A stretch of 57,236 bases of DNA from Bacteroidia bacterium (GTDB lineage Bacteria; Bacteroidota; Bacteroidia; AKYH767-A; OLB10), in the NCBI GenBank assembly GCA_038211525.1, contig JBBQVM010000001.1, forward strand, positions 1 to 57,236. Direction: 5' to 3'. The notes under the pieces are model-generated. The model was not told the DNA's origin. It was given only the letters and a program-made list of their open reading frames with translations, and made no database searches. Made by a program: the position numbers and the translations under genes. The stretch's first letter is position 1, and each line of letters starts with the position of its first letter. Below, piece after piece: positions 56,534-57,236 of the stretch.

Positions 56534-57236
56534 TTAATTTCCATACATTTTAACAACCTGCTCTAAATAGACCGGCACATCCAATAATTCACCTGAAGTA
56601 TCCTTCTCCCCTCGTTCATGTCCCAGTCTCACAAAAATAATATTTAGATCGGGAATCACAAAAATATATTGTCCGAGGATACCTCTGGCATAAAATATTT
56701 TCTTTCCTTGATATTCAGTAAGCCACCATTGATACCCGTAAATGGAATTGGGATGTCCGTTGTCGGAGAGGGCTGCAGGTGTGATGGCTGCATTTACATA
56801 ATCTTCAGAAACAATTTGTTTACCATTCCATTTTCCCTTTTGCAAAAACAATTTTCCGATACGGGCAAAATCGCGGGCGTTAGAATAAAAGCAGCAGTAA
56901 GCCTTTTCGTTTCCATCTTTATGGTCGAGACTCCATTGGGCGTTGTTTTCAGCCTGGATCGGTATCCATAATTTTTGAGAAGCATACTCACTAACGGTTG
57001 TGCATGTGGCTTTTTGTAAAATAAATGCTAACAGCTGTGTATTAGCACTCATATAATTCCAATCTTTACCGGGCTCATTAACTACTTTAAGCGCCAGCAT
57101 CTGTTTACGGAGGTCGGTGCCATAGTAGGCGCGGGTCACTTCGCCGAACAAACTGGCGTACCCTTCATCCCAATTCAAGCCGGAACTCATTGTAAGTAAA
57201 TTTCGAATCGTTAACTTTTCGTTTTCTTTAGTACAA
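56534..57236 (-). CDS. Serine hydrolase, beta-lactamase family; C-terminal part, with the 5' end outside the window
   Basis: The frame stays open upstream of the tracked Met to the window edge (..LTIRNLLTMSSGL, a typical family block). The SxxK motif is expected beyond the window. Confidence 0.8.
   Translation of the reverse strand, partial: CTKENEKLTIRNLLTMSSGLNWDEGYASLFGEVTRAYYGTDLRKQMLALKVVNEPGKDWNYMSANTQLLAFILQKATCTTVSEYASQKLWIPIQAENNAQWSLDHKDGNEKAYCCFYSNARDFARIGKLFLQKGKWNGKQIVSEDYVNAAITPAALSDNGHPNSIYGYQWWLTEYQGKKIFYARGILGQYIFVIPDLNIIFVRLGHERGEKDTSGELLDVPVYLEQVVKMYGN

Noticed and set aside
1-57236. tRNA, rRNA, tmRNA, RNase P or SRP genes, DnaA-box clusters, transposases, integrases, reverse transcriptases, cas genes
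   Set aside because: I scanned by eye for T-loop/acceptor signatures (GGTTCGAATCC-like and its complement), TTATCCACA boxes and the relevant protein motifs in the ORF track, and found none. A covariance-model scan (tRNAscan-SE, Infernal) would be needed to exclude small RNAs rigorously.

Overview
Mostly housekeeping chromosomal window from a low-GC Bacteroidota-type genome. Support for that assignment: T9SS C-terminal sorting domains, recurrent TAnnTTTG -7 promoter boxes, no obvious Shine-Dalgarno sequences, Bacteroidota-typical DUF families, and the syntenies ftsX-DUF3098-uppP-truB-queA and rimP-nusA-infB. About 50 protein genes are supported, including leuS, lysS, infB, nusA, rimP, rlmN, queA, truB, uppP, ispD, asd and scpB. 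There are also envelope and secreted proteins, an ECF sigma module, and an MBOAT/SGNH-like acyltransferase pair. I found no tRNA, rRNA, CRISPR array, transposase, integrase or reverse transcriptase. The most unusual structure is at 55038-56028. A GxxExxY (PD-(D/E)XK fold) gene is bracketed by inverted copies of a 33-bp ACGGATT-rich core. One side is amplified into a 423-bp nested tandem array that abuts the start codon of a 3'-5' exonuclease gene. A diverged solitary copy of the core lies at 27454-27487. Other points worth a second look: an intrinsic-terminator-like hairpin inside the putative rimP-nusA-infB leader; a 1.16-kb gene-poor AT-rich region beside a DtxR/MntR-family regulator, holding a 20-bp palindrome and two untracked small membrane ORFs with their own promoter and terminator signals; several promoter boxes so close to the ATG that the mRNAs would be leaderless; and a 486-bp convergent spacer packed with hairpins. 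All functional calls come from motif and family recognition by eye; no database search was run.
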